DNA from: Octopus sinensis
Taxonomy: Eukaryota
Assembly: GCF_006345805.1 (NCBI RefSeq)
Contig: NC_042998.1
Span: 11,656,001 to 11,720,000 of the forward strand
Length of the DNA: 64,000 nucleotides
Reading direction: 5' to 3'
Shown here: one piece after another, positions 43,101 through 57,462 of the stretch
How positions within the stretch are numbered: position 1 is the stretch's first letter
Layout of the letters: each line of letters starts with the position of its first letter
The notes under the pieces: generated by a model
Seen by the model: only the letters and a program-made list of their open reading frames with translations
Told to the model about the DNA's origin: nothing
Databases searched by the model: none
Program-made: the position numbers and the translations under genes

Positions 43101-45012
43101 TAAAACCATATAGGTTTTCAACATACAGGATACCCCATTATAATTTTTATCAAATTTTTCATCAGAAGTAGAAAATAAAAGCATTATATGCCTGTTGCTT
43201 TTATTGTAGTGGAATGAACTTAGGGAGAAAATACTAAACTACACTTTGGAGTAGCAGAAGAGAATAACAACGGGGGTCAAGAGATGGTAATATGGCTACA
43301 TTTATCTTTCTCCTTATCACGATCACAAGATCTAATGCAGCTAATATTCTATATCCACTTAGAGTTAAAACTACTGGGAATTCACAGTTAAGTTCTAGCT
43401 GCTGGTGATAAATTAATGTCAGATACACTCCCCTACCCCTATTTTACTGTAGCTATAAATTCGCTGATTACATTGGCAGAATGGTTAGCACGCCGGGCAA
43501 AATGCTTAGCGGTATTTCGTCTGCCGTTACGTTGTGAGTTCAAATTCCGCCGAGGTCGACTTTGCCTTTGATCCTTTCGGGGTCGATAAATTAAGTACCA
43601 GTTACGCACTGGGGTCATCCCTTTGTCTGTCCTTGTTTGTCCCCTCTATGTTTAGCCCCTTGTGGGTAATAAAGAAATAGGTATATGTCCAGAAAGAGGG
43701 AGGGTAGGGGTGACATAAGCTATTTTATTACTATCAGTTAAAATGGGCCTAAAATAGAAAACAAAAGTGGTCACAATGAGATCTAAATGGGCATTAAAGG
43801 TACAGGAGGGAAAATATATATCCAAATTTAGCAAAATTTATATATTACTATAGTTTGTATAATAATTGATAAAATTTTAAAATTTAGAAATGGATTTAAT
43901 GACCAAGTAAGAGAAGAAGGATATATAAACTAATTTAAGCCCTAAAAAAAGTAGAGTACTTTTACATAAAATAGAAACCTCGTAATGCTTCATACTAGCA
44001 AACTGTTAAGGTGGCCATGATAAAACCATTCATCAATGAACCCTAATTAAATTTAGATTTCATCCGAAAAGGAGGTACACATTCTCTATTGACTGAAAAT
44101 CAGGGATTAAAGGCAAAAAATGAGATAATACGTTCTATAACGGACAAATTTATTGTTTAGCCCAAAACGTTGTTTATAAATGTACAGTTTTGGCAGAAAC
44201 TGCTGTTTAGAAATTTAGTTTTGACTGAAACTAGTAACTTTATTTATATTGGGTGCTCGATAAATACGAAAAAGCGCCTTCATAACAGTTAAGCAAGGCA
44301 GCTGGAGAACTCGCTCTTAATCGGAATGACTTCGTTGTAGTGTGATCAAGGGGCTGCAGGCGTACGATACATGGTGACGACAACGTTAAAAGAGGCGGTC
44401 TTTTGATAATTCTTTTTCAACTATACGTGATAATTCCTTTCCTATGAAACCAAATTCACATATCAGAAAAGCAGGTAGATCGTGTGTGATTTCAGCAATT
44501 AAGTACGTTTTATGTAAGACTATATATTTATGTGTTCCAATTTCTGAAGACAGAACAATTTATGAATACCGTGGAGCATCTGCTTGAAGGAAATTACTGC
44601 ATATAAGTTGAATATTTAATTCTAGATAGTGCGATACACTCTCCAGCAATCATGGCAATCTATTAGACTTTGTGGAATATCACAGCTTTTGACACAGTCA
44701 CTATGGAAAAGTCGAAGATATGATGTACATTAAAACCTAACGGTAGTTGTTCCTAATAAGTGAGAGGTTATCACGAGAAAAGGCGAGAAAAGAAGTAGAT
44801 ATAAAAAGTGGAAGGTTTAAGTTTATTTCTTTCCCGCCCTTTCTCACTTTTTCTTTCCTCCTGTCGTCATATTTTTAGCTTGTTATGCCGTATGAGCAGA
44901 GTCTGAAGATTGCGTTGAGACACCGGACGTGTTAAAAAATACTGTTTGGCATGTTTTCATCGCATGAAACTAATAGTACTTTTTTTATGATCTCACCATC
45001 ATGGAATGGTAC

Positions 45013-45047
<35 letters not shown>

Positions 45048-45544
45048 GATATGCATGTATACATAGGTGCATATAGCGCGCGCACACACACGTGAGTGTG
45101 TACGTGCGCATACTCACATATATAATTCGTATAGGTTTACTTTTTATTCGGCACAGATTGAATAAAAGAAAAACAGGGAGAGAAAAACGTAATTATAAAT
45201 TTCCCGAAGTCGATTTACAATCTGAGATTTAATATATATCCCCATTCTTTTTCTCGCAGGTGTTCAGATGTATTACTTTGACAGAATGTAATATTAGAAG
45301 CTAATAAAGCGTTCGGTGTTGATCCCAGATGAACTTTCAGTAGGTTTCTTATACATGTTCATTGAAATAGAAGCATAATGCTCAACGTAGAGAATGACAT
45401 AGAAGAATTGATAAGGAAATGTCAAGTCTTTGCCAACTACTTTAATTTCACCATTCTGTTTAGATTAAGATGATTTATCAACAATTTAATCAATAGAATT
45501 ATTCTGGAGAGATTCCTATAGTTTATTTCGTAATTGGAAAAATT

Positions 45545-45630
45545 CCAGTGGGAAAAAATTGAATATTTACTCGGCAGATGAACTGGTTATCATTGATAAT
45601 GAAGACAATTTGCAGCAAGTGAATTGGTGA
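45545..45630 (+). pseudogene. Ancient LINE RT fragment
   Basis: GKKLNIYSADELVIIDNEDNLQ resembles L(F/Y)ADDLVI...EDxLQ. Confidence 0.45.
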
Positions 45631-45874
45631 GAAAAAGAATGACGTGGCTTACTCGGTTCTTTATTCTTTTTATAAAGAACAACAGTATTTTTTTTTCGGA
45701 GAGAAGAGAACTCAACTACCGACAAAATATGTTTAGGGAAGATGCCTAAATTCTATTTCAGACATATTATATTCAAAGACGGAAGTATACGATATTAGCT
45801 CTATAAACAACGATTACTGAGGGTGGATATTAAAAAAGAAAACAAGTCGAAATTAACCTGATATTATACATTAA

Positions 45875-46059
45875 CCCCTTACCCAACAATTATTTTGAAA
45901 ATAAATGTATTTTTTCAGACTTAGCTTTTAATTGTTTTATTTTACTATGTTTTGAATGGTGATTTCGAGATATATTTCTTTTGACGAGTTAACTCGCCAG
46001 AGGTAGAAAAAAAACGATTTCGGTCAAAACGCATATATTCGTTTCTGCCGGGTAAGGGG
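45875..46059. mobile_element. piggyBac-type MITE
   Basis: TTAA-ccccttaccc...gggtaagggg-TTAA. Confidence 0.8.
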
Positions 46060-47402
46060 TTAATGTCTCAAGAAAAGACTAGGCCCATTAGATAAAGTAG
46101 TTAAAGCAGTTTCTAGATAAATTACCTCTTCCATGGCAAGTTAATTACGGTTGGAAGAACTTTGATTGACATTGATCTAAGCAACAGCACCAACAAAAAC
46201 ACCTAAAATACTCATATTTATTGTTGGAATTTTATTCATTATTATTATATTATTGTTAAGTTAGCGAACTTGCAAGATTGATAGCGCATCGGACAAAATG
46301 CTTAGCGGCATTTCTTCCGGCTTTTTACGTTCTGAGTTGAAATACTGCCGAAGTCAACTTCGCCGTTCATTCGTTTCAGAGTCGATAAAAATAAGTACGA
46401 GTCAAGTACTGACAACAATGCAATCAAATAACTCTCTCTAAAATTGCTGGCCTTGCACCAAAATTAGAAACAATTGCTGGTTATTTTTCTATTGTATATT
46501 GTCTTATATCAACCTGAGCGAAATCTTTCAGAGTGAAACGAAAAGCGACTCGGATAAGCACATGTGTTTCTATATGCGTTATCCATGTACTTTCGTACAT
46601 CGATTCTAAATGCATAATCAGATTTTAACCAGGTTTAGCCTTATGCGATGCAACATTCATTTGTTCTATTTACCATAATAAGCGGTTTCAAAGACTAAGA
46701 TATTTATTAATATAAGTGTAACTACAGATTTTAACATTAATATATGCACAGTTTATACTTTTGGGAAGGAACTTCTGATAATGCTGTCAGAATAAATTTC
46801 GTGAGGGTGACAGAGTGCAGGTTGAAACATGTTCAGTTCTGTTTGTATTTTATCCTAGAGTTTATGTGTAAAATACCTCCCAGTCACCTTCAAATGCCAG
46901 TGTTAAGAGCTAGTGTGTGTGTGTGTGTGTGCGTTTCTCCTGGTGTTGCAGACAATTTACCGCCGACGAAATTATTTGATCATTTTAATTCGTTCCGAAA
47001 TCTATGCAAGTGTCTAACCGTGAAAACATGCAACGAATGTTGCTTCTGGTGTAAAGTGGGTGAGTAGCACAAAAAAAGGTAAAAACTAAACAATTATGGA
47101 AATGCTGGCGACGGAGGAATCCCCTGACCATTGTCTTTATTGAATCATCTACGATGCTTGAAACACATACACTTGAAGAAATTACAGTTTTGACACTACA
47201 TAATTATCGACTTAAATGTATAGGAATGTTGGACAGCTGCTCTTTCACTTCTTATGAAAAGACACATTCCAGTGGTCATAAATTACATCTGCTGCCGACA
47301 CTCACACGCAGAACTTTCGGTATGTCGGGCCAAACGATGTACAAGTATGCACTGATTCTGCGGCATCAGCAGAGATTCCTGAACGCTAAGCAATTGTGGT
47401 TG

Positions 47403-47446
47403 CCTAACCCTAACCCTAACCCTAACCTTAAACCTAACCCTAACCC
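47403..47446 (+). repeat. Short interstitial (CCCTAA)n tract
   Basis: About 7 imperfect telomere-type units. Confidence 0.85.
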
Positions 47447-49682
47447 ATTTTTCCCCTGCTCACGGCTTTCACAAAGTTGCAATACTGGATTAGGAACCGA
47501 GCAACTAAAATAATCTCAGCAACCCCGATTTGTCTACCAATCGGGCAATACGGCCAGAAGAGCATAAGTTTTGTAGTATATAGAGGAATTATGGAAAGCA
47601 AGGGTGACGAGATTTTAGTGGAATACTCTAGACCATGACAAGGATCAAATGAGTAACATATTCCAGAGAAGTCCCGGGTCAAGTACTATGGATAAGAAAT
47701 ACTTCGACCAGAAGTGCTACTTGGTGGCCATTGTAAATTTCGGATAAACACACACTCTGTGCACAAGCATTTCTCACTCGCGAAGTTATATGTCAAAGAG
47801 CTATTATAACATGTTGGTCTGTTCCAGCGCCAATCAAGACTGACGTAAATATCACACCGTACCTTCCTTTGACCAAAAAAGACTGGCACCTTTTCATTAT
47901 CTATGCGGCTATGGTGAAAAAGGTTATCTCTTGATCGAAATTGAAATATCTGAGGTTAAATAGCTTTTACCAAAGTCCTCATCAATGTCTGAAAGGCTCT
48001 GCTCTCAGAATGCACCCGGAGTTCAAAAACTACTGCTGCAAGACAGCACTGTCAGCATAATCAAGGACGTCAGTGGTTCAACAGTATAAAAACGCATAAA
48101 GTTCTTAGTTTCATATCATTGTTTTAGATTCAAACCATACCAATGTCGCATTTGACTTTCGGGTATAATTAAACATTTCTGACCTTATGTCAATCTCGGA
48201 ACCATTAATGTCATTACTATTATTACAGGAACTTTCTTATATACTTTGTTATGCAAATAGTTATATTGTAAAACGGAGTGTTACACTTGGAGGACTGAGT
48301 ATGTTTAAAAGTATTTCCAGATTGAGGTTCTGGTTCTGTGTATTAATCCCTGGTTTTAGCTTTGAAATATGTACCTGTACTGTGGTGCATCTTTCTACAC
48401 CAACCTGGATATCAGTAGTGTACAAATACTTTCTCATCAGCCATTAACAGCTGTTACTTTATTTATAGTCTGAGATGTATTTACTTTTCTTAGTTTCTTC
48501 ACAATTGTTTGTCATTTTTACTTCTGTTATATATCTTTACAATCTTCTTGTATCTATCTAATATGAAATGTCTTATGAAGAAGGCCTTATACTATTGATT
48601 GTGCTAAAAATACTCATTCTATGTCCTACTTTGAGCGATATAATTTAAGAACTGTTATATTTCCTAGTTTTGTCTTCATCATATTTTGCTAAGTATGTTA
48701 TAATTGCATTTTGCTGTGGAACAACTAGAATATTACAAGCCTTATTTAAGTTATTTAGTTAACTTTGTTCACTGATTCCTAAGTATGCTTTTAAATATTC
48801 ATTGTATTGGTTTTCATGTATTTTATTGTTTCTTGTTTAAAATGATATTGCCATTGTTCTCTAAACTGAATTACATGACATACTTGCTTAATTCATTGTA
48901 CCTTTTACAACAGTTGCTTTACAAATTAGAAGTTTAATTTGGCATCAACTCATAGCATCCAGACTGCTGTTCTTGCTTAGCTTTGGGTGTGTCTCAATTG
49001 AGCAATGCTACGATCTAAAGCATTCCGGATACAATGATCCCGACTTTTTTATGAGTATATCTCAAGGACTACGTTATCCATCCGTAATTCGGTGCTAAAG
49101 ATGGAATTTGATTTGAGGGAGTCTGGAGACTACGTTTCGCAGTCCTAACAACTACGAAATAGTAAAGAAACATTATCTACTGGAATATTATTCCGATATT
49201 ACTGGGTAATTTCATTTTTATTATTACTAGCATTAAGGCGGCGAGCTGGCAGAATCGTTAGCACGTCGCAAATTGCTTAACAGCATTTCGTCTGTGTTTA
49301 CGATCAGAGTTCAAATTCTTCCAAGGTCCACTTTGCCTTTCATCCATTTCGGGGTCTATAAAATAAGTACTATTTGAGCACTGGGATTGATGTAATCGAC
49401 TTTCTCTCTTCCCCGAAATTGCTGGCCTGTTATCAAAATTTGAAGCCAATATTACTAGCATTGTATGACTCAACAGTTTTCATATTTATTCAAGGTATGC
49501 TTTAAGGAACTCAATAATAAGTCTGTCTCATTTATTTCAATGCTTCCACAAACGCAAATAAGTGACACTTATCTATACTTAGACTCTATCTTCTTTTACC
49601 ATGTAAACGATTGATCACTAAATAATATTCTTAATATCAAGATTCTCTTTCTACATTTAGTCAACTCTTCCATTTTTTCTTG

Positions 49683-49963
49683 AGGTGAAGGAGAGAGAGT
49701 GACAGACAGAGAACTGTGAAGGGGAGAGTAAAAAATTTGGGGACAGGATAAGAGAGAAAAAGAGAGAGAGGGAGAATAAATAGTTACAATTCGTTTGAAT
49801 TACAATGAATCAGCGGATAAAGAAAGGTGTTATGCTATTTTTAATAAGTAAAAGTTGAGGCGCCAGGTCAGTCCGGTATCATCACACAGCTCTCGAAGTA
49901 AGGTGAATAAAAAGCAAATAAGTAACAAGGATATCCAGATATCAGTGCATTACGGCCGTTTCA
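49683..49963 (+). repeat. Patchwork copy of 42805-43031 with an inverted 51-bp insert from 50311-50361
   Basis: Direct sequence comparison. Confidence 0.85.
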
Positions 49964-51841
49964 TATATACTTTATATAACGATTAATAATGCAAATTTAT
50001 TTATTGGTGACGACTGCTGATAAACTCTTTTGGATTCAGACTAGGATGAAATTTCTCTCGGTGAGCCGTATATGTCTTTTTTTTGTTCATTTCATTCATT
50101 TGTATTTGAGGCGACCTCATTTATCATTTCAGCCTAGGTTTATTCCGGTATTTAAGTTTCTAATTCATAATTTCTAGGTTGTGTTTCTTTATTCTTAATT
50201 GATACTATACTCTTTTCTGGTATTTATTTAGTTACAAGCGTTAAACCAACCTTGGTTTTACGTAAGTTTTAATAAAATCTCTCGTAGTTAGAAATGGATT
50301 GTCTATTTTGCTTATTAAAAATAGCATAACACCTTTCTTTATCCGCTGATTCATTGTAATTTTTCTAAAACTTTTCACTGCAGATATTTTTTTTAAAAAC
50401 CCCGATTGTCTCTTGTTCTTTCTTGTAAAAATTATATCTCCTTGCTTTTTACGTTTATTTTTTCGAATGTCATGAAAATGTTTTTCTACTATACCGAGTA
50501 CACAATTTCCCCAAGATAGAGACTATATTTGTGGACATATCTGTTTTTCCTTGTGTTAACTTCAGCTGTTACGTAAATCTCCTGTTGATGCAAATATCTT
50601 TTCAGAACAGCTAACATAACTTGATAGTGTTTCCTATTCATGTTCATATAATTTCGTTATGTTTCTATCCTTGTGAACAAAATTGTCTTCTGTAATTGTA
50701 ATTCTTTTCCTTTTACATTTTTCTTTTAGTTATGTTTTATATATTTCTGATTTATGCATTTTTTTCTTTCTCATTTTGGTGCTTTCGTTATTGTTCTCTT
50801 TGTTACTACCGAGTTGGTTATGTCAAGTTTTGCTGTTCTTTGATAGTTCTTTTCTTTCTGTTAGTTTCGTGTCGTCATTTTTATCGTTACTGTTTTTGTT
50901 TCTTTATTTGTATTAATGATTATTTGTTTACTGTTTAGTAATTTATATTTTTCTAATAAATTCTATTAAACATTTTCTATTTCTCTGAATAGGAACTGTT
51001 TTCTATTTAACTGATTAAATCATAATTCGTTCTATGTTACCCCAGTGAACAAAATATAGTTTAATGAAGCTCGATAATGCGGTAATTTAACATTCAAAAT
51101 TACACACACACACACAACACACACATTCTCTTTGTATGACAATCTCTTGATTTCTGCGATCAGATATAAAACTCAAAAGACGACGATCAATCATTTACGT
51201 TTGGCTTACTTTTGCGTTCCAGAACGTTCGTTCGTACTGCACGTGTGTGACAGCTTAATTTCTTAAAGTAAAATAGTTTAAAAACGAAAATTAATCTAAT
51301 ATTCGCGTTATTTCATCATATCACTTGAGTGTGAAGCGATACTATTAGATACCAAAATGAAGATTATGAAAATAGCTGGAGTAAAAAATATATAAAATTA
51401 TGTTTCAGCATCATTAGACCATGAACTGTCAACTTACAAAAGAAAACATTAATAATTAATCTGACAAAATAAAAGTTACTATAGTTACAAAATTTCGACT
51501 GAGTGTAACTTCATAAACTAACACGGACACACTATAACCATGGAAAATATCGAATGATCTTAAGTGTATGGCTGGATATGGCTATATATAACTCTTCTCT
51601 CTTCTAAGACAGCAACCAGCAAGAAGCGTTGTATCTATTTAAACAATTGAAAGAAGAAACTGAGAAAGCAGCTGAAATGTGTTTTTACTTTTCCTGAGTG
51701 CTTTGAGAAGTTCACGAAACAGTCTAACCTCCATAGTATTCGTGTAGCCAAGAAATCAACAAACGATGACACCCAAGTCGTATCGAAATTTTCAATATAA
51801 TAGAATATTATCATTAAGGAGGTAATCTTCACTAAATTCAA

Positions 51842-52220
51842 GGCGGCGAGTGGCAGAATTGTTAGCACGCCTGGCGAAATACTTAGCGACATTTCGTCTG
51901 TCTTTACGTTCTGAGTTCAAATTCCGCCGATCGACTTTGCCTTTCATCCTTTCAGGGTCGATAAATTAAGTACCAGATGAATACTGGGGTCGATGTAATC
52001 GACTTAATCCGTTTGTCTGTCCTTATTTGTCTCCTCTATGTTTAGCCCCTAGTGGGCAATAAAGAAACAGATATTTCGTCTGTCTTTACGTTCTGAGTTC
52101 AAATTCCGCCGATCGACTTTGCCTTTCATCCTTTCAGGGTCGATAAATTAAGTACCAGATGAATACTGGGGTTGATATAATCGACTGGCTCCCTCCCCCA
52201 AAATTTCGTGCTTAGAGTAG
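51842..52220 (+). mobile_element. MetaSINE-type SINE with internal tandem duplication
   Basis: ~51891-52004 is repeated at ~52074-52186, followed by an alternative tail. Confidence 0.85.
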
Positions 52221-52939
52221 AAAATAATATTAATGAAAGTAAGTTAATTTTGATATTGCAAAATAGGAACAAGAGCCAGTATATAATAGCAAAATATCGT
52301 CTCTCATTGTTGTTAGGCGCAAATTTCCTTGGAGATTTGAAACTTAAGCTTTATTTGTTTATGATTATGCTATTATAAGAGCAACAAATGGGTGTGCCTC
52401 TTCTGTTAAATGGAAACGTAACAGAAAAGCTTTATGTACTGGTTGGTCTTGTGAATATTTCTGCCCTGTTGTCAAACGTTATGAGAAGAATAATGCCGAG
52501 CTTTAAGTATTTCTACTTTCGGACAATGCTTTAGGTCATCCCTTAAATCTCGAATTATTCCAAAACTGTGTCTTTTGAAGTTGTTTCATTCCACCATTTT
52601 ACTACAAAAACTCAGAAAGTTATTTCCATTTTCAAGATATATTCAAACTTAAAAATCAGTTGATCGCTGCGACTGATGAGAAACATCTGATCATTAAAGA
52701 ATTCTAGAAAATTTACAAAATAATGCAATAAAACCATTGCTAACACGTGGAAAGTTAATTACACATGTCTCGTTGGTGGCGGGAAAACGTTATATCCAGA
52801 TGTAGTTAAGGAGGCCCAATGGGATAGCGAATGGTGCATGAAGTAGAATTAGAAGTTGATGTAGACACTCATCAAAATTTATAGCATGACTTATGAAGTC
52901 TTTAAGGAGTTAACAAAAGAACAAATGTCTAGTTCAGGT

Positions 52940-53025
<86 letters not shown>

Positions 53026-53172
53026 AGTATGTATGTATAATCTTTAAAAGAACTAACAGTAGCATTAGGATTATTAAGAATTAAAGGTTGGCAAGAAGGT
53101 AAGTTAGACAAACCATGTAAACGTTTTTTTTTTGCATAAAAATATAAATCTAATAGAATCAGTAATACCATC

Positions 53173-53545
53173 TTTATTACACTCGCCTTCGCTAAGGCGG
53201 AGGTATTGTTTTCAGTCGTGTTTGTTTGTTTGTTCGTTGTTTGTCCGTGGAAAGATATCCCAAGAACCGCTGGATGGATTCGGATGAAACTTTCAAGGAT
53301 GTTTGGCCTTGTGACTGGCACGAACTGATTAGATTCTGAGATCGACCCGATACCAGACAAGGATTCTAGAGTATTTTTCCTGCTTTCTTTTGAGGGCGGT
53401 CGGGTTTATTTTTAGTATTCTCGTTTGTGAGAGCAGTCGATTTTATTTCAGACATCTTCATTTTAAAAATCATCTCTGGCTAATCTTTGAGAGGACGTTG
53501 GTGTTGCATTGGCGTAGGTTTGCGCTCTCCGAGTGCTCTTGTTTT
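53173..53545 (+). mobile_element. Helentron-associated (DINE-1/HINE-like) non-autonomous element
   Basis: ttattacactcgcc..ggcggaggt 5' subterminal repeat, (GTTT)n microsatellite, ggattcggatgaaactt core, 3' ttggcgtaggt plus hairpin gcgctc-tcc-gagtgc, in T-rich flanks. Confidence 0.75.
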
Positions 53546-54419
53546 GTGTGTTTCGCATTATTGAAGAAACGTAAGAAAGTGTATAGGTTTAGATGAAATT
53601 ACAAAGAACTTTTTCTATATCTGTGGGAGTATTCTAAACCCGATGTATTTTAAATAAACGTATATTTCTTTCAATAATTAAAGTAACTTATCTACATAAG
53701 CTGTTTTACTTTCCTCTGATAAATTTAATTTTAGCAATGGTAATGATTAAAAAAAATAGCGAGTGAAATTAACTTGATTAATGGAGACATTGGCGCATAT
53801 CTTATGTTTTACTAATATCCTTGTTTTATATTTGTCTAAAATATTTCTATCTCAACCACTACAAGAACCGATTACAGTGAAAGGACATTATTGTATAGGG
53901 CACATAAATCCAAAACGCAGTATTCAATTGATATCGCTAGTAATAATATGTATCTAATATAAAAATAATGAATTATGGTACGAGCGTTGTAGAAATACTT
54001 CAGATAATTCCTAAAGCTTTTTGTCTTCTGTGTGTATGGGTGTGAGTATAATTGATGTTCTTTGGTAAATGGTTGAATGGTGGATTTTGTAGTAACACCT
54101 TTTAGTTGTCGTTTAATCAACTCTGACTAAGCTAGCCTACGACCAAAGGCATTCCAATCGTAATCATCACGTATTTCTGTATTCTCTAATGTATTGTTCT
54201 CTTTCCAGAACGATTGAGTGTGATACGAGGGAATTTGGTTGCTATATCCAATATACCGAAGTACCACTCGTTGGTGACAAATTTGTAAGTGATTGTTGAA
54301 AGCTCGAGTCACTTGCGCGGCTGCATCTGGAAAATGGTGTGGGATGTAACAGAATAGATTATACTTTAAAAAAATATAGATAAGATTATTACAGTATGAA
54401 TGGCTTAAATCATAAGTTT

Positions 54420-55130
54420 GCTCCCTAAGGGTTGTCCTTGATAAAATGATTTAAATTTTAAACGACTTGTCTTCAATAAAGTTCATGCAAATCCCGCAAC
54501 TAGGGTGGCCACACTTTTTGGTAGTTAGTGGGGGTTTATTGGGGCAAATTTATCACTGGTGAGCAGTTATTTGAGGAATTTTGATTGTTATTACTTTTGA
54601 TTATTTCATTTCGAGTGCTTGTTTATTCTTGGCTTTTGTCTCAAAAGTAGAATGATCTGGTGGATAATGTTGTAAACCTGTTTTTTTTTTTTTTTTGGTT
54701 GCGTCTTGAAATAAAGGAAAGAGTATTTGGCGTATCTGAAGTGGTTTTTGTTTTTCGTATTTCTTAAATATCTATTGCTTTGGCACGTTCTATCCCATTG
54801 TCTATGAACATTAATAGATATTGACTTTCAAGTTATTTTGTTTCAGTTACTGGAGTCATTTACCACGAGTTTCATAATTTGAAGCAACTGTGCAGATTCT
54901 TCTTGCTAGACAAAATGGAATATCAATATTCGTGTGTTTGGATGGTATGAGAAGAACAGCAGGTTTAGAATCTGCTGGTTTGTAGTGAATATCTCTGTCA
55001 AAGTTTGTGTCTGTTTTGGGTACTAGAATATCCAGAAATGGAACAAATTGTATCATAAATAGATACTTATTTGAGTCATGTTCTCTCCATAACACCAAGA
55101 GAATTTTCGAACTCCAGTCTAGCCCCATAT
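54420..55130 (-). pseudogene. Penelope-like RT C-terminus / linker fragment
   Basis: PFLDILV...DIHYKPADSK...IPFCLARRICTV, and the CGHPSCGIC cysteine motif that precedes GIY-YIG in PLEs. Confidence 0.8.
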
Positions 55131-55269
55131 CTTTCTACCTTGCTTAACTTTTCAAAATCAGAAAAATGTGTGAAACCACAAGCCTTTAAAAATAAAGCGT
55201 TTAAATGAATCCCAGCGCATTTTCAACATTTAAAAAAATATTTCTACCCGTATGGAATAAAACAACTTT

Positions 55270-55307
<38 letters not shown>

Positions 55308-55319
55308 TACATATGAGGA

Positions 55320-55648
55320 GGAGGATACCCCCTTCGGTCATGAATTACCATGGGATTGCACCTAGAAAGTTACCCTCCGAGTAAGGTTATTTGCGGAAAG
55401 TCAGCAGTCGCCCATGCATACCAGCCTCCCCTCTTCACACCACTGATGTCATCGAAGGGAAATGCAAAAAAACCAATTCAGCTTGGCACTAGTGATGTCG
55501 CAATTCATTTTTACAGCTGAGTTAACTGGAGCAACGTGAAATAAAGTGTCTTGCTGAAGAACACAACACGTAGCCCGGTCCGGGAATCGAACTCACAACC
55601 TCACGATCGTGAGCTCAATGCTCTAACCACTGAGCCATGCGCCTTCAC
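55320..55648 (-). mobile_element. CORE-type SINE with a different 3' tail
   Basis: Head and CORE as in 13586-13907, but an unrelated tail. Confidence 0.8.
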
Positions 55649-57126
55649 TGCATACACATACACACTTATATTTATATGTATATTTGTATGTATATGTATG
55701 TGCGTCCACCACTTGGTAATCGGTGTTGGTTGGATTGTTTACGTCCACGTAAATTACTGCTTCAGCAGAAGAGTACGAAAAAAATAAGTACCAGACATTA
55801 AAAACAAGAACTGTCGGCTAAAATCCGTTAAGGCTGTGCCCCAGCATAGCATGGCTGCAGTCCAATCACTGAAACAAATAAAGGGTAAAAGATAAAAAGC
55901 TGACCCGTGGTTAAACAATGGAAAATGAAAAAATTGTATCATTCTGTTTACCGTCTGCATCAAAATAAAGCCATTGCATATTCAAATGACATTCTATAGC
56001 ATACAGTAGTGAATTTCGTAAAAAAATCGAGGTAAGAACCTATAAATTAAGGCTTTTACTATTAATCCTGCACAAACACACTCTTCAGGTGACTATGGTT
56101 AAATGTCGACTATCTTAATTGGAACTGAAGTAAGATTATGTGTTAAATGATGCATAAATATAATAATTATTACCAACATCCTTCTGCTTGTTAAATGACT
56201 CAAAGCTGTTCATCCTTCGCTGGGAGACTATTTATTCCAAGATAATGGATTAAACAATTATTCATTACTGAATACGATTTGGTAACAATTCCGTTCATGC
56301 AGCTGGAGAAACAAGGTAGTTAGAACACAGCAGCAAAGTGTGTATGTGTATAATTATGTTTATGTGTGTCTATGCGCATGTCTTTGCGTATGTGACGTTT
56401 TGTATGGGTCTGTGTGTGCGCTTGTGTGTTTTTCTTTGCCATTGTGTCTCTGGTTTATAACTGCAGCCGTAGTCGAATGGTTAAGAGACTCGCCCTGAAA
56501 ACACGATAATCCGATTTCGATAGAGTTGCTTAACGTCTTGGGTAAGGTTCTTTTAGCACAGATTCTTGACGGACGAACTAAAATTGTGTGAAATCTCGTC
56601 GACTGGATTTGCTTGTACTTTAAAGACACACCTTTGTCAAATACATTGTCATTCTGAGCTTGGCTTCAGATTACTTTCACGATACAAATGTCAGAAGTCA
56701 CAGTATAATATGATGAGTAGGTTTTTCACACAGTCGAGCAAGTGGAATAGTCATCGTCGAAGTCGACGGAGAATCTGTTTATTCAATTTTAGCTTCTATT
56801 TTACTTTCAGATAAAATGCTATATTTCAGTAGTTTTTTTTTCCACTTTATTTTCGACTTTAACATTTCAGATACAATCTAATGAGAAGGCTTCTGCAAAA
56901 TTGATTGACGTGTTAGAAACAACGAGTATATCTCTCTCCGAAGCCACCCCATGGGCTTTGAAAGTAGAAAAGCACATTCTATGATATTGTCATAAATTTG
57001 TCTGTCTGTCTGTCCGTATGTATGTATGTGTGTATGTACTTATATATGTATATGCATGTGTATGTATGCATGTATGTAAATCGATGACTGTGTATATATG
57101 GGTTTGTATATTTGTATGTATGTATG

Positions 57127-57220
<94 letters not shown>
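57127..57220 (+). repeat. (ATCT)n microsatellite at the 5' flank of the Tx1 element
   Basis: Direct reading. Confidence 0.98.
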
Positions 57221-57462
57221 TGACGGATGTGATGTCAGTTCAGCTCCGAAGGTAATTGTTTATTTTGACTATTTATAGCCCAATTTTTGTGTAAATTTTT
57301 GCAAATAAGGTGTGTAAGGCAACCAACTTTCGTTTGAGTGCTTTTCCAAGGGAGGAATTCGCCCCTAGGGGCAGTTTCGACCCCATTTCATTTCTGTAAT
57401 TTTCTTCTCGACATTAGAAAATGTCTAGAAATTTTATTGTTGAACGCTGATCGCGTTCTTTT

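Noticed and set aside
44240-44760. Possible very old mariner-like remnant
   Set aside because: No convincing TIR pair or catalytic motif was readable.
48100-51050. T-rich, strand-skewed region suggesting a decayed minus-strand LINE
   Set aside because: Only faint motif similarity, not enough to assign a family or boundaries.
52675-52690. CTGATGA motifs at ~52675, 10126, 7977, 38063, 179 and 31190(-)
   Set aside because: No properly placed GAAA or closable stems, so not called as hammerheads.
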